64,000 nucleotides of DNA, taken from IMG/VR virus record IMGVR_UViG_3300025889_000073, positions 32,001-96,000 of that record; one strand, 5' to 3'. This stretch comes from a virus. The notes under the pieces are model-generated. The model saw nothing but the letters and a program-made list of their open reading frames with translations, did not search any database and was not told where the DNA came from. This document shows, one piece after another, positions 1 to 8,932 of the stretch (the stretch's first letter is position 1; every line of letters begins with the position of its first letter). The position numbers and the translations under genes were made by a program.

Positions 1-38
1 AATACAGTCCACAATTGAATGATTTTTAAGGAAAGATT

Positions 39-296
39 ATGCGTACCAAAGTGATTATTGATGGGTTGAAAAACAGCCAGAAATTCCGTGCCATTATTAA
101 TGGGGTTTTTATTGGTGATTGTGAGGTGAAAGACCTGGTTGGTTCCAGATTCCTGCACCAAGCGCAAAGGGTTGCAGTATGGGATGCTCTGGCGCATATT
201 GCTATAACTAATCGTATCGGAAAGCGTAATGGCAAGACCATATCGGGTTTTGGTACGAACCGTGATGGAATTGATGTTCAGGTTGATTTGTTGTAA
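39..296 (+). CDS. hypothetical early protein
   Basis: 85-aa ORF with AAGGA SD. Confidence 0.65.
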   Translation: MRTKVIIDGLKNSQKFRAIINGVFIGDCEVKDLVGSRFLHQAQRVAVWDALAHIAITNRIGKRNGKTISGFGTNRDGIDVQVDLL

Positions 297-350
297 AAAA
301 ACAACAAGACCAAAATAAGGGCTTGACATTTGCCGAAAAACCTGTATAAT
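288..350 (+). promoter_or_regulatory. sigma70-type early promoter with upstream TTGTTGT-N6-ACAACAA palindrome
   Basis: TTGACA 323-328, 16-nt spacer, TATAAT 345-350; inverted repeat 288-307. Confidence 0.85.
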
Positions 351-384
351 TGTTTACATGATGATTGATAAAGAAGACCAAAAA

Positions 385-648
385 ATGCAATATACCGCTG
401 AGATTTATAAGATGGATGCTCGCTGCAAAAAAGGCGAGAAATTGGTCGCTAAGGTTGATTATGAGGATGTGACCAAAAAAGGTGTTGAAAGGTCCTGCAA
501 AAAGAATTGGCCTGCACCTAAGTTTCGTTTTGTGATTTTCGACACCTTTGTGACCAAAAAAAATCTTATGAGTGGTGAAGAATTCCAAGAGCGTTACGAC
601 ACACCGTATTATTGCTCGCCTTCCTCTGAATCTTTCTGGAGTATGTAA
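385..648 (+). CDS. hypothetical early protein
   Basis: ORF after promoter; alternative start at 358. Confidence 0.7.
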   Translation: MQYTAEIYKMDARCKKGEKLVAKVDYEDVTKKGVERSCKKNWPAPKFRFVIFDTFVTKKNLMSGEEFQERYDTPYYCSPSSESFWSM

Positions 649-650
649 TC

Positions 651-800
651 ATGTCCAAATCCGATATAATTCATGGTCTAATGGAAGACTTAATCGTGCT
701 CTGCGAAATCCGTGGAGAATTAGACCCCGAATCCAATGCAATAACCGAAAAGCGTATTTCCGCCCTCCAGCAACAAATTGAAACCCTCGAAAAGGAATAA
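651..800 (+). CDS. small hypothetical protein (49 aa)
   Basis: MSKSDIIHGLMEDL...LEKE; fills the gap exactly; below the ORF-track cutoff. Confidence 0.6.
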   Translation: MSKSDIIHGLMEDLIVLCEIRGELDPESNAITEKRISALQQQIETLEKE

Positions 801-803
801 ATC

Positions 804-1235
804 ATGGCTTACATTAACCAAGAAACCAAAAAGAAAATTGTCGCCGCTGTTAAACCCATATTAAAGAAATATGGTGTTAAAGGCACCTTTGCTGTTCGTA
901 ATAATTCAACCATTGTGCTGAATGTAAAATCCGGTAAGCTTGATTTTATTGAAAATTACTTGGCTACTGATGCTGCTTTGCCTCATGCTGGTAAAATGCC
1001 ACAAGATCAGATTGATTATATTCGTAAACAAAAAACACTGGATGTAAATCCTTACTGGTTTCAAAATCATTTTTCTGGTAAAGTAAGAACATTTTTACTG
1101 GAAGTTTTCTCTGCTATGAAAAAAGCGGGTAATTGGTATGATAATTCTGATGCTCAAATTGATTATTTTGATACCGCTTATTATGTGGATGTGAATATCG
1201 GTAAGTGGAATAAACCCTATGAAAAGACGGTTTAA
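804..1235 (+). CDS. hypothetical early protein (DNSDxxxDYF motif, LPD29-like)
   Basis: SD AAGGA; motif WYDNSDAQIDYFD. Confidence 0.7.
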   Translation: MAYINQETKKKIVAAVKPILKKYGVKGTFAVRNNSTIVLNVKSGKLDFIENYLATDAALPHAGKMPQDQIDYIRKQKTLDVNPYWFQNHFSGKVRTFLLEVFSAMKKAGNWYDNSDAQIDYFDTAYYVDVNIGKWNKPYEKTV

Positions 1236-1290
1236 ATAATGGATGGAATGGATGGTAGATATCGGAAGGATTAGGAATATGCGGTGGAGC

Positions 1291-1310
1291 TGTGGATAAA
1301 ATGTGGATAA
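1291..1310 (-). promoter_or_regulatory. two tandem perfect DnaA boxes
   Basis: TGTGGATAA (reverse complement of TTATCCACA) at 1291-1299 and 1302-1310, intergenic. Confidence 0.55.
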
Positions 1311-1400
1311 GTCTGCGTAGAAGTGAATACTAACTTATTACTGCGAGAATCCGCCGATTTGTCTCTTTTTCGCAACAATAAAAATATTTGCCGAAACCGC

Positions 1401-1429
1401 TTGCCAAAACCCTCAAACTGTGACATAAT
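1401..1429 (+). promoter_or_regulatory. sigma70-type early promoter
   Basis: TTGCCA-17-CATAAT; leader nearly identical to that at 20882-20920. Confidence 0.7.
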
Positions 1430-1466
1430 CCATTCCATGTTGAGTGAGATTGAAAAGGAAATTGAA

Positions 1467-1790
1467 ATGTCAAACTTTATTACTAACTACATTTTCCCCT
1501 GTGCCACCGTGAATGGCATGACCCTTAACCAAAAGCGTGAAGCCGTGAAAGCGCTCCGTGTCGCTATCAAGGAAGAGGCTATTATTCGCAAGCAAGTCCG
1601 TGAGGATGCAAAGGCTGCGAAAGAAGCCGCAAAGGCAGAAAAAGCCGCTGCCCGTGAGGCGAAGCGAGTTGAAGCGATTGCCCGCCTCGAAGCTCGTTTA
1701 GCGAAGCTTCAGCGGAATGCTTCGAAGAAAGCCGGTCCTGTGAAGGTTTTTTCTGCTTCTGAAATCGCTCAATTGAATGCTGGAGTTTAA
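1467..1790 (+). CDS. Ala/Lys-rich helical early protein
   Basis: start reassigned to the SD-led ATG at 1467. Confidence 0.7.
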   Translation: MSNFITNYIFPCATVNGMTLNQKREAVKALRVAIKEEAIIRKQVREDAKAAKEAAKAEKAAAREAKRVEAIARLEARLAKLQRNASKKAGPVKVFSASEIAQLNAGV

Positions 1791-2023
1791 TGATGCAAAT
1801 TGATTTTATTAGCGCTGTGGACGGGAAAGTCTGCCTTTATTCTGGTTCTGAGCTAATCGTGGCTAGCGCTGATACCGTTGAGCTTGCTGATGCGATTCGA
1901 AGCCAAGCTCTTGACCTTGGTGACGCTTATTGCAGCAGCTCGATGGATTTTGCTGATGAATACGGCTTTTTGTATCCCTCAGAAGCCGTTGTGGTTTTGA
2001 CTAATGCTTTGGAGATTGTTTAA
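1790..2023 (+). CDS. hypothetical protein
   Basis: TAATG coupling on both sides. Confidence 0.7.
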   Translation: MMQIDFISAVDGKVCLYSGSELIVASADTVELADAIRSQALDLGDAYCSSSMDFADEYGFLYPSEAVVVLTNALEIV

Positions 2024-2355
2024 TGGCTATGCTGGTAATTGCTACTCAGGTTCATGAAAACTACGGTGCCCACGATTGGGACGGTACCGGTGAGTGCCCC
2101 CAATATTGGAAGGCCAAGGGTGGCCATGAGTATAAAATTACCAATATTCCGCTTAATGTGGACCTAGCCGAGATTGTGGCTATGGCCAATGTGGAGACGG
2201 ATGACCATTATTTCCGTGAGACCATTATTGACTGGTCCGTAGAGGACGATAATTATATGAGCTGGTATGAGAAAACCCAGCTGGAATTTGATGGCGAGGT
2301 GGAGTACCCCGAGCCTGAAGTGGATTACAATGATTTAAACAGGAGCTTTGCATGA
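2023..2355 (+). CDS. hypothetical protein (ENYGAHDWDGxGECPQYWK motif)
   Basis: coupled ORF. Confidence 0.75.
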   Translation: MAMLVIATQVHENYGAHDWDGTGECPQYWKAKGGHEYKITNIPLNVDLAEIVAMANVETDDHYFRETIIDWSVEDDNYMSWYEKTQLEFDGEVEYPEPEVDYNDLNRSFA

Positions 2356-2606
2356 GCCGAATGAGTGAGTTGGCTATGGAGATTGAGCAGGCTATTGAGG
2401 ATGGTGAGCTGACCTTCCAACAAATAGCTGATAAATTTAATGTGCCCCTAGACTGGGTGCTGGATGTAGCTTATCAAAACCCAGAATACCTTTCCGAACC
2501 AGACCCTGGGGATATGGATGGGGATATGGCATCCGGACTGGCTTCTGCTGGATGGGGTACGGATGAGGACTACTGCTGGGAAAATGACTATTGCGATGAC
2601 TACTAA
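2352..2606 (+). CDS. acidic hypothetical protein (SAGWGTDEDY motif)
   Basis: ATGA overlap, AGGAG SD. Confidence 0.7.
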   Translation: MSRMSELAMEIEQAIEDGELTFQQIADKFNVPLDWVLDVAYQNPEYLSEPDPGDMDGDMASGLASAGWGTDEDYCWENDYCDDY

Positions 2607-2826
2607 GCGCTCACTATAGCGCTGCTGTCCCATAGGTCAAAAACAGCGTCCGGACAGTTGGAAGGAGTCCTCTAATAGCAGACTACTGGCGTTCTAAGGA
2701 TTCTTGTCTCGCTCTGGTCAATTTCATAATCCTCCACTAAAGCGCCTCAAAAATTTTTTCCGGTAAATTTTCGTCTGGACCTCTTGACAAGTTTCTATAT
2801 ACCTGATACAATCTTGGTGTTGCCTG

Positions 2827-2967
2827 ATGAAGATAATTACTACTTTATTACTATACCTGGTATTAGTTGCTATGGGGCTTGCTTTTTCCATGGTTTTTGT
2901 TATAATAGGTTCTATGGTATATGTGGTGTTCACTAACCCTTTAATGTTGTTTGGATTGACTGTATGA
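2827..2967 (+). CDS. small membrane protein (46 aa)
   Basis: hydrophobic ORF downstream of a TTGACA...TACAAT promoter near 2784-2812. Confidence 0.5.
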   Translation: MKIITTLLLYLVLVAMGLAFSMVFVIIGSMVYVVFTNPLMLFGLTV

Positions 2968-3092
2968 AAATGATTAAACCTAGAAATCACATTGTAAGGA
3001 ATTCTAAGTCTTGTGGTGCAGGCCGTCATAAGGTCCGTACCAAGTATTCTCGTAACGTTAAGCATCGGAGTAAGTATGAACGAACGAATTAA
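2964..3092 (+). CDS. small basic protein (42 aa)
   Basis: MKMIKPRNHIVRNSKSCGAGRHKVRTKYSRNVKHRSKYERTN; ATGA overlap. Confidence 0.55.
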   Translation: MKMIKPRNHIVRNSKSCGAGRHKVRTKYSRNVKHRSKYERTN

Positions 3093-3333
3093 AGAACTTG
3101 CCAAACAGGCAGAAGACCATGCTGATAATCAAGGCTTTTTCGTTACAATCGATTTCGCAAGTGATTACCAAGACTGTCTCATGGAAAAGTTCGCCGAGTT
3201 GATTGTTCGAGAATGTGTTAAAGAAATGTCTGAGCAAATGTATTTGCATCATATTCATACCGATCAGTCAAACAATCCTAACTTTTATAAAGCAGTCGAG
3301 AAAACCCTAAAACATTTCGGAGTTGAAGAATGA
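3076..3333 (+). CDS. MNERI-family hypothetical protein
   Basis: MNERIKELA...EKFAELIVREC...HFGVEE. Confidence 0.75.
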   Translation: MNERIKELAKQAEDHADNQGFFVTIDFASDYQDCLMEKFAELIVRECVKEMSEQMYLHHIHTDQSNNPNFYKAVEKTLKHFGVEE

Positions 3334-3536
3334 ACGAACGAATTAAAGAACTTGCTCATGAGGCTGGATTACCAACATATAATCCGGAAGGCATTCCAAC
3401 TAAATTAGAAAAGTTCGCCGAGTTGATCCTAGAGGATGTTATGTCTATCTGCGAGGATTTTGGCGATAAGGGTATGGATGGTCATTATTGTGTCGATGCA
3501 ATTGCAAAAAAGTATTCGATGCATCAATGGAGTTGA
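3330..3536 (+). CDS. MNERI-family hypothetical protein
   Basis: MNERIKELA...EKFAELI. Confidence 0.75.
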   Translation: MNERIKELAHEAGLPTYNPEGIPTKLEKFAELILEDVMSICEDFGDKGMDGHYCVDAIAKKYSMHQWS

Positions 3537-3539
3537 AGA

Positions 3540-3710
3540 ATGACTAAATGGATTGATCCGCCGAGTGGATGGAAATACGGATTCCCCAAGCCTATTCCCG
3601 ATGATATCGTTAATTTTGAAGATTGGCTCGTATCTGAGGGTTATCCCCGTGCTGAAATAGAAAAGATGGGTGATTACTTCTTTTGTAGTCATTGGGAAAC
3701 TGAAGAATGA
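3540..3710 (+). CDS. hypothetical protein (56 aa, DPPSGWKYGFPK)
   Basis: not in the track; GAAGAATGA junctions at both ends. Confidence 0.7.
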   Translation: MTKWIDPPSGWKYGFPKPIPDDIVNFEDWLVSEGYPRAEIEKMGDYFFCSHWETEE

Positions 3711-3934
3711 ACGAACGAATTCGAAAACTTGTAAAACAAGCCGGCGGTGAATTCTGGCAACGACTGGAAAATGATGTGGTCAATCCAGAAGCATACATTA
3801 CCTTTGACCCGCCCGAGAGTTTGGAAAATTTTGTGATGCTAGTGATCCAAGACTACGAAAACGACAAACGAGAAAGTCGCCGTGAAGTTAAAAGCAAGTT
3901 AGGTTACAGTCGTATAGGAAGGAACAATGTATGA
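3707..3934 (+). CDS. MNERI-family hypothetical protein
   Basis: MNERIRKL...LENF. Confidence 0.7.
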   Translation: MNERIRKLVKQAGGEFWQRLENDVVNPEAYITFDPPESLENFVMLVIQDYENDKRESRREVKSKLGYSRIGRNNV

Positions 3935-4173
3935 ACGAACGAATTAAACACCTTGCTGAACAAACATCATACATTTGGCATACCAGCGGCGACCCACAAA
4001 TTTACGAATTTACACCAGAGAAATTGGAAAAGTTCTCCGAGTTGATTGTTAAGGAGCGTGAATGGGTTTGGTTGACAAAAGAAGAAGTTGACTCATGGGA
4101 ACTACCTGATTGCCCTACGGTGTTTGAGTTTGTGCAGTTCATTGAAGCCAAGGTCAAGGAGAAAAACACATGA
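3931..4173 (+). CDS. chimeric MNERI / REWVxLT-EAKxKEKNT protein
   Basis: N-terminus shared with upstream paralogs, C-terminus with the downstream ORF. Confidence 0.7.
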   Translation: MNERIKHLAEQTSYIWHTSGDPQIYEFTPEKLEKFSELIVKEREWVWLTKEEVDSWELPDCPTVFEFVQFIEAKVKEKNT

Positions 4174-4412
4174 GCATCCCAGCAATGAGGCAAGCATCGG
4201 ATGCTATTCTTAATGTTTTGGCTGGTGGGGAGTTTGATAACCCAGTATGTGACTTGAAGCAAGCTGCATTAGCACTACAGCAAGCCATAGCAAAAGCTGA
4301 GAAGCGTGAATGGGTTGGTCTGACGGATGAGGAAAAAGGCTGGTGTGCTGCGTCTACATATACTGAAACAATTGAACGTGTAGAAGCCAAGCTCAAGGAA
4401 AAGAATACATGA
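4170..4412 (+). CDS. REWVGLT...EAKLKEKNT-family hypothetical protein
   Basis: ATGA overlaps. Confidence 0.7.
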   Translation: MSIPAMRQASDAILNVLAGGEFDNPVCDLKQAALALQQAIAKAEKREWVGLTDEEKGWCAASTYTETIERVEAKLKEKNT

Positions 4413-4606
4413 TACAAGGTTCCTGCGGACACGAAGTAGAGCATATATCAGATTTATGGAAGTGTACCATTGGGGATTATGATGAACACAATCAGCGGTG
4501 TATATATTATGGCACGGCGTGTAAGGAATGCTATGACAAATACGAAAAAGATGGTATAATCCTACATGACGAAGGCGAAGAAAATAAATGGATGGACGGT
4601 AAATGA
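4409..4606 (+). CDS. Cys-rich hypothetical protein
   Basis: CGH...CKEC; coupled. Confidence 0.6.
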   Translation: MIQGSCGHEVEHISDLWKCTIGDYDEHNQRCIYYGTACKECYDKYEKDGIILHDEGEENKWMDGK

Positions 4607-4998
4607 CGGTCACATACTCTACTAACTGGATGGGTCCGGTCGGGATGTGGTGGTATCGTGAGCGAAATCTTACCGTGACAAAGACTGTGGTTCAGAAAGA
4701 AGATTCTAAGTATACCAGACGTAAGAAGGGTGACATCTACCAGGTAGAGGAAGTAACTCAGCAATGGGGTGGTGGTCGTATTGATATCCGAGGTGAAGGC
4801 CTAGGTCCTTATGGCGACGAGATGGGCTTGCCAATCATGCGAGGTGATTGTTACAGACGATTCAGCGAGTGGTTAAATACATTTGAAACAGATGATGTTT
4901 GGACTCTTGCTCAGTTGGTTGAGATGTACGAAAAAGACAATCCTAAGATCATTTGGGCTGATGATGTTTTTGGGGATATGGAGAAAAACAATGGATGA
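4603..4998 (+). CDS. hypothetical protein
   Basis: 131-aa coupled ORF. Confidence 0.7.
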   Translation: MTVTYSTNWMGPVGMWWYRERNLTVTKTVVQKEDSKYTRRKKGDIYQVEEVTQQWGGGRIDIRGEGLGPYGDEMGLPIMRGDCYRRFSEWLNTFETDDVWTLAQLVEMYEKDNPKIIWADDVFGDMEKNNG

Positions 4999-5173
4999 AT
5001 TTAGTGATGGTAAAGCAATTTTTTCAAACAACATGACAAAAGAAGACGTAAATCGAGAAAATGCTCAACAACAGAAAGAAGATATTGAGCATCAGAAAAA
5101 ACAGATTGACGAGCAGGCAGAAGAAATTAAGCGTCAGCAAGAACTAATTGAAAAGAGATTACGAGGCGAATAA
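4991..5173 (+). CDS. coiled-coil hypothetical protein
   Basis: GGAG SD before ATG 4991. Confidence 0.55.
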   Translation: MDEFSDGKAIFSNNMTKEDVNRENAQQQKEDIEHQKKQIDEQAEEIKRQQELIEKRLRGE

Positions 5174-5328
5174 CACATGACAAAAGAAGAAAAGATTGTA
5201 AATGCAGCATTGCAAGTACAAGCTGGATGCTCTCTTAAAGATTTTCTTGATGATGATGAAATTGAAGAAGCAATATCCATGTTGGCTGATGTTTTGATAG
5301 CCACTGGTGTAAGATTGGATCCTGAAGA

Positions 5329-6003
5329 ATGAAAGTCTATATTGGCCCTTATAAAAATTGGTACGGTCCACATCAGCTGGCCAAGACGCTATGCTTTTGG
5401 GCTAAGAAGACCGTTGTCGATGAATACGGTATGAAGGACTATCCTGACTATGTCTTCAAGCTCGGTGAGTGGCTTGCATATGGCAAGTGGCGTGGGATTG
5501 ATAACATTCCTATTGATTCTAAGAATTTATTCATGTCAGTCGATGAGGAGAAGAAGACTTTTCTTTATCATCTGTTAGAATGGATTGAATCCAAGCGTAG
5601 TCGTAAGATTAAGATTCGTATTGACGAGTACGATACGTGGTCAATGGATCACACTTTGGCGTTGATTGCACTTCCTATGCTTAAGCAATTGAAAGAGACT
5701 CAACACGGTTCTGCTCGGGTTGACTTGGAAGATGTACCGCCTGAGATGCAACTGGTCAGTACTGAAGACTGGGACGATCAACTGGTGTTCGACTTCTACA
5801 ACAATCCTGAATCATCAAAGCAAAAAGTTCAATGCGATGTTCATGATCGTTGGAATTGGGTGCTGGATGAGATGATCTTTGCATTTGAGTTTATTGCAGA
5901 TGACAACAAGCGCTATTCAGATAAGTTCGATGAAGAGGCAAATGCCCGAGTAGCAAACGGGTTGAGGTTGTTTGGTAAGTACTATCAAGGATTATGGGAT
6001 TGA
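5329..6003 (+). CDS. phage hypothetical protein (DTWSMDHTLA...GLRLFGKYY motifs)
   Basis: 224-aa ORF. Confidence 0.75.
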   Translation: MKVYIGPYKNWYGPHQLAKTLCFWAKKTVVDEYGMKDYPDYVFKLGEWLAYGKWRGIDNIPIDSKNLFMSVDEEKKTFLYHLLEWIESKRSRKIKIRIDEYDTWSMDHTLALIALPMLKQLKETQHGSARVDLEDVPPEMQLVSTEDWDDQLVFDFYNNPESSKQKVQCDVHDRWNWVLDEMIFAFEFIADDNKRYSDKFDEEANARVANGLRLFGKYYQGLWD

Positions 6004-6031
6004 TTATGGAATACAATAGATTTGATTTAGA

Positions 6032-6271
6032 ATGGATGATGGAGTTTTATACGAAATGAACCAGAAAATGCGAGATATAGTTGCCGACTGTATGATTATG
6101 AACCCATCGAATATGACACTTCCGGCGGATAGGTTTGATTATGGTAAGTTCGCATCACAAATTATACAAGAATGTGCTAATATAGCATTTGAGTATTCTT
6201 TATCAGAACGTACTCGTATTGCCATATTGAACCTATTGAAAGATGAAAATGGAAACCAAAGAGATATTTAA
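6032..6271 (+). CDS. hypothetical protein
   Basis: contains KFASQIIQECA, resembling the MNERI-family core. Confidence 0.55.
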   Translation: MDDGVLYEMNQKMRDIVADCMIMNPSNMTLPADRFDYGKFASQIIQECANIAFEYSLSERTRIAILNLLKDENGNQRDI

Positions 6272-6564
6272 ATGGATTGGTATCGCAGTACTTGTATACC
6301 TGGTCTTTAACTTACTGATGGCGGCGATGACTTTCGGACAAGCAATGTTGTTTTTTGGATTGTTTAAAAGTCTAATCGCTACAATGTAATGTTCGAAGAA
6401 TTTTTGTGGACGCTCAAAATATTAGGATGGAAAAATATACTCTTAATGTTTGTTGCATTCCTGTGCGAAATGTCTTTTATAGCGCTAATTATAATTTCGG
6501 CCGTACAGCTCGGAAACGCTGGATAAGATAGAATAAATAGCAAACGAAACTTAAAGGGGTTTTT

Positions 6565-6936
6565 ATGACAGCAGAAGCAATACTACCAAGAGTAAAACCA
6601 GGAGACGAAGAATTACCAGGAGGTAGTAAATCGTCCCAAGGAAATACAATTATACCTAGACCAAGAACTCAAAAGGTTTGGTGCCGGCAATGTAATGAAT
6701 TTCATTCGACTATGGATGTACAGGCCACCGGAACAGAAGAAGAAGGTGACAACACCATACTCAAGTTTAGATGTTGGAATAACAACAATGATGGCCAGGT
6801 TAATTTGAAAGGCCTTTTGGTTGACGAACATGAAGAAAACACATACGATGAACTACCAATCGAACTAATCCACGAAGGACCAGTAGAGGGTGCCATACTG
6901 GACGGAGATGGTACACCAGCAACACCACAGGAGTAA
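6565..6936 (+). CDS. acidic protein with possible Zn ribbon
   Basis: WCRQC...FRC; ATAAATA late-type element and AAGGGG SD upstream. Confidence 0.65.
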   Translation: MTAEAILPRVKPGDEELPGGSKSSQGNTIIPRPRTQKVWCRQCNEFHSTMDVQATGTEEEGDNTILKFRCWNNNNDGQVNLKGLLVDEHEENTYDELPIELIHEGPVEGAILDGDGTPATPQE

Positions 6937-7036
6937 AATATGAATGAATATGAAATTGATTATGAAAAACTTAATGAAACTGAATTGTATGTTACAATTA
7001 ATCCAGAAGATGTAGAAACTCAATGGGAAATTTCAG

Positions 7037-7276
7037 ATGAGAATTACTGGACTGAATAAAAACCAAGTTGAAATGTTGGAGATGATGTGGTCGTTCGAAA
7101 CACAGGAAGAACTGGTGGAATGGATGGACACACTTACGGAAAAAGAAGTTCGGCAAGTACAATCTCTATTGGAACTTGTTAGATTTGAATTAATCGAAGA
7201 ACGAATTAATAGAGATGGTTGTTTTGATGCCATAGTTTACTTACAAAAATATAAATTGTATAATGACTTTCATTAA
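7037..7276 (+). CDS. hypothetical protein
   Basis: 79-aa ORF. Confidence 0.6.
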   Translation: MRITGLNKNQVEMLEMMWSFETQEELVEWMDTLTEKEVRQVQSLLELVRFELIEERINRDGCFDAIVYLQKYKLYNDFH

Positions 7277-7429
7277 AAATCCTCCTTCAGAAGAAATATT
7301 AGAAGCCTATAAAAAATGGTGGTTTGAAAGAATGAATAATGCGAAATATAGGAATGATAATACAAAAATTCCTCTGCTTCCAGATTTTTTCGAAACATTT
7401 ACAGCCGGCTGGGAAGCGAAAAAAAATAA

Positions 7430-7828
7430 ATGAAACAAGAATATGATGGAATCTTTTTTACACCTAACCCCGATTCCGATGATGAAAATGAACTTAAACT
7501 TTCCTTTTTTGATTTTAAGGACGAGTTCGCCAACAAAGAATCAATAGAGGGTACACAAATCGGCGATAAGTATTATGTTGCTTTTTTTCAACGTGATGAA
7601 GAAGGTGATGTTGAATTTGATGGTTCTTTTGAGGCTATCTTTGCCGACCCTAAAGTTTATATACAAAGATTGGCTGGAACAAAAGTTTATGGCTGCATTG
7701 TTCGGAAAACAGAAAATTCGGGCGAATGGTTTCAAAATTACCTCACAAATGCTCTGGAAAAAGTTAAAATACGAAAATTGATGACATACTGTAAAGCAAT
7801 TGTAGATGCCGAAGTGAAAAGGACATGA
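7430..7828 (+). CDS. hypothetical protein
   Basis: 132-aa ORF. Confidence 0.65.
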   Translation: MKQEYDGIFFTPNPDSDDENELKLSFFDFKDEFANKESIEGTQIGDKYYVAFFQRDEEGDVEFDGSFEAIFADPKVYIQRLAGTKVYGCIVRKTENSGEWFQNYLTNALEKVKIRKLMTYCKAIVDAEVKRT

Positions 7829-8100
7829 TTATGGAAAATTTTAACACGCCAAGAGGCAAAGAATGGATTCATAGCGTTCTAAAAATGCATGAAACCTCAA
7901 TAGTGTTCACAAAAAAAGACGGAACTGAGCGAAAAATGCTTTGTACACTCTTGGAAGACAAAATTCCGAGCGAAAAAATGCCAAAAAATTCAGGAAAAGC
8001 AAAAAATGAAGATTCTATTGCTGTTTTTGACTTGGAAAAGCAAGACTGGCGCTCATTCCGGTTTGATTCTGTGAAGGAAGTTAATTTTTCAATCGAATAA
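7825..8100 (+). CDS. WYL_2/SH3-like beta-barrel protein
   Basis: FTKKDGTERxMxCT and VFDLEKQDWRSFR motifs. Confidence 0.75.
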   Translation: MIMENFNTPRGKEWIHSVLKMHETSIVFTKKDGTERKMLCTLLEDKIPSEKMPKNSGKAKNEDSIAVFDLEKQDWRSFRFDSVKEVNFSIE

Positions 8101-8101
8101 A

Positions 8102-8776
8102 ATGAAAAAAGCAATATTCACATATCACAATAGACAAATTTCGCCTAAAATTGTGACCTTACAACAAGAAGTCATTGCTAAATTTAGTTCAAAACTAGAT
8201 ATTGACTTTAAAAAGGCGTTTTATTCTGAACCGGATGGTGTAGTTTATCCGGATAATGTGATTGATGTATATTTGAATGAATTATTTTATGAACATGAGT
8301 ATGATTCTGTTTTAATTTTAGACATTGATTGTATTCCATTGAATAATGATGCTCTAGAAACTACGTTTGAAATGATTTCACGCAATTGGTTGGTTGGAAA
8401 TGCTCAGAGGTCACACCATTTAGATAATAATCAACACATTTTTTGTGGAGCTTCTTGTGTTGGAATTTCCAAACAACTTTATGAAGAATTGGGTAAACCT
8501 TCAGCTGAACCTAGTTCTAGGTCCGATATTTGTGAGGAATATACTTGGTTAGCTGAAGAAACAGGAAAAACTGTTAAATTTTTCAAACCATTAGGATATC
8601 AAAAACTTCCATATAATGAAACAAAACCTTGGACACTAAATCATGAAATGAATTCTTATGGAATTGGCACAACTTTTTGTCACGATGATATTCCTTTCTA
8701 TTATCATCTTTTCCAATCAAGATTAGGTTTATATGATGATTTGTTTATTAGAAAGTGTGAATCAATATTGAGATAA
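8102..8776 (+). CDS. putative GT-A glycosyltransferase
   Basis: DxD motif (ILDIDCIP); next to sugar-nucleotide genes. Confidence 0.6.
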   Translation: MKKAIFTYHNRQISPKIVTLQQEVIAKFSSKLDIDFKKAFYSEPDGVVYPDNVIDVYLNELFYEHEYDSVLILDIDCIPLNNDALETTFEMISRNWLVGNAQRSHHLDNNQHIFCGASCVGISKQLYEELGKPSAEPSSRSDICEEYTWLAEETGKTVKFFKPLGYQKLPYNETKPWTLNHEMNSYGIGTTFCHDDIPFYYHLFQSRLGLYDDLFIRKCESILR

Positions 8777-8778
8777 AA

Positions 8779-8854
8779 GCCGGTTTAGCTCATTTGGTAG
8801 AGCAACGCACTTGTAATGCGTAGGTGGTCAGTTCGAATCCGACAACCGGCACCA
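8779..8854 (+). tRNA. tRNA-Thr(UGU)
   Basis: cloverleaf, ACGCA-CT-TGT-AA-TGCGT, GTTCGAATC, CCA end. Confidence 0.95.
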
Positions 8855-8873
8855 TATTAAAGGAGAAATAAAA

Positions 8874-8921
8874 ATGACAATTGAAGAATATTGGAAGTGG
8901 ATACACGAAAACGTACAATAA
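8874..8921 (+). CDS. micro-ORF MTIEEYWKWIHENVQ
   Basis: strong AAGGAG SD; lies between two tRNAs. Confidence 0.45.
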   Translation: MTIEEYWKWIHENVQ

Positions 8922-8932
8922 AAATTTGTTAT

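Noticed and set aside
1323-1436. N-terminal extension of ORF 1323-1790
   Set aside because: Runs through the promoter
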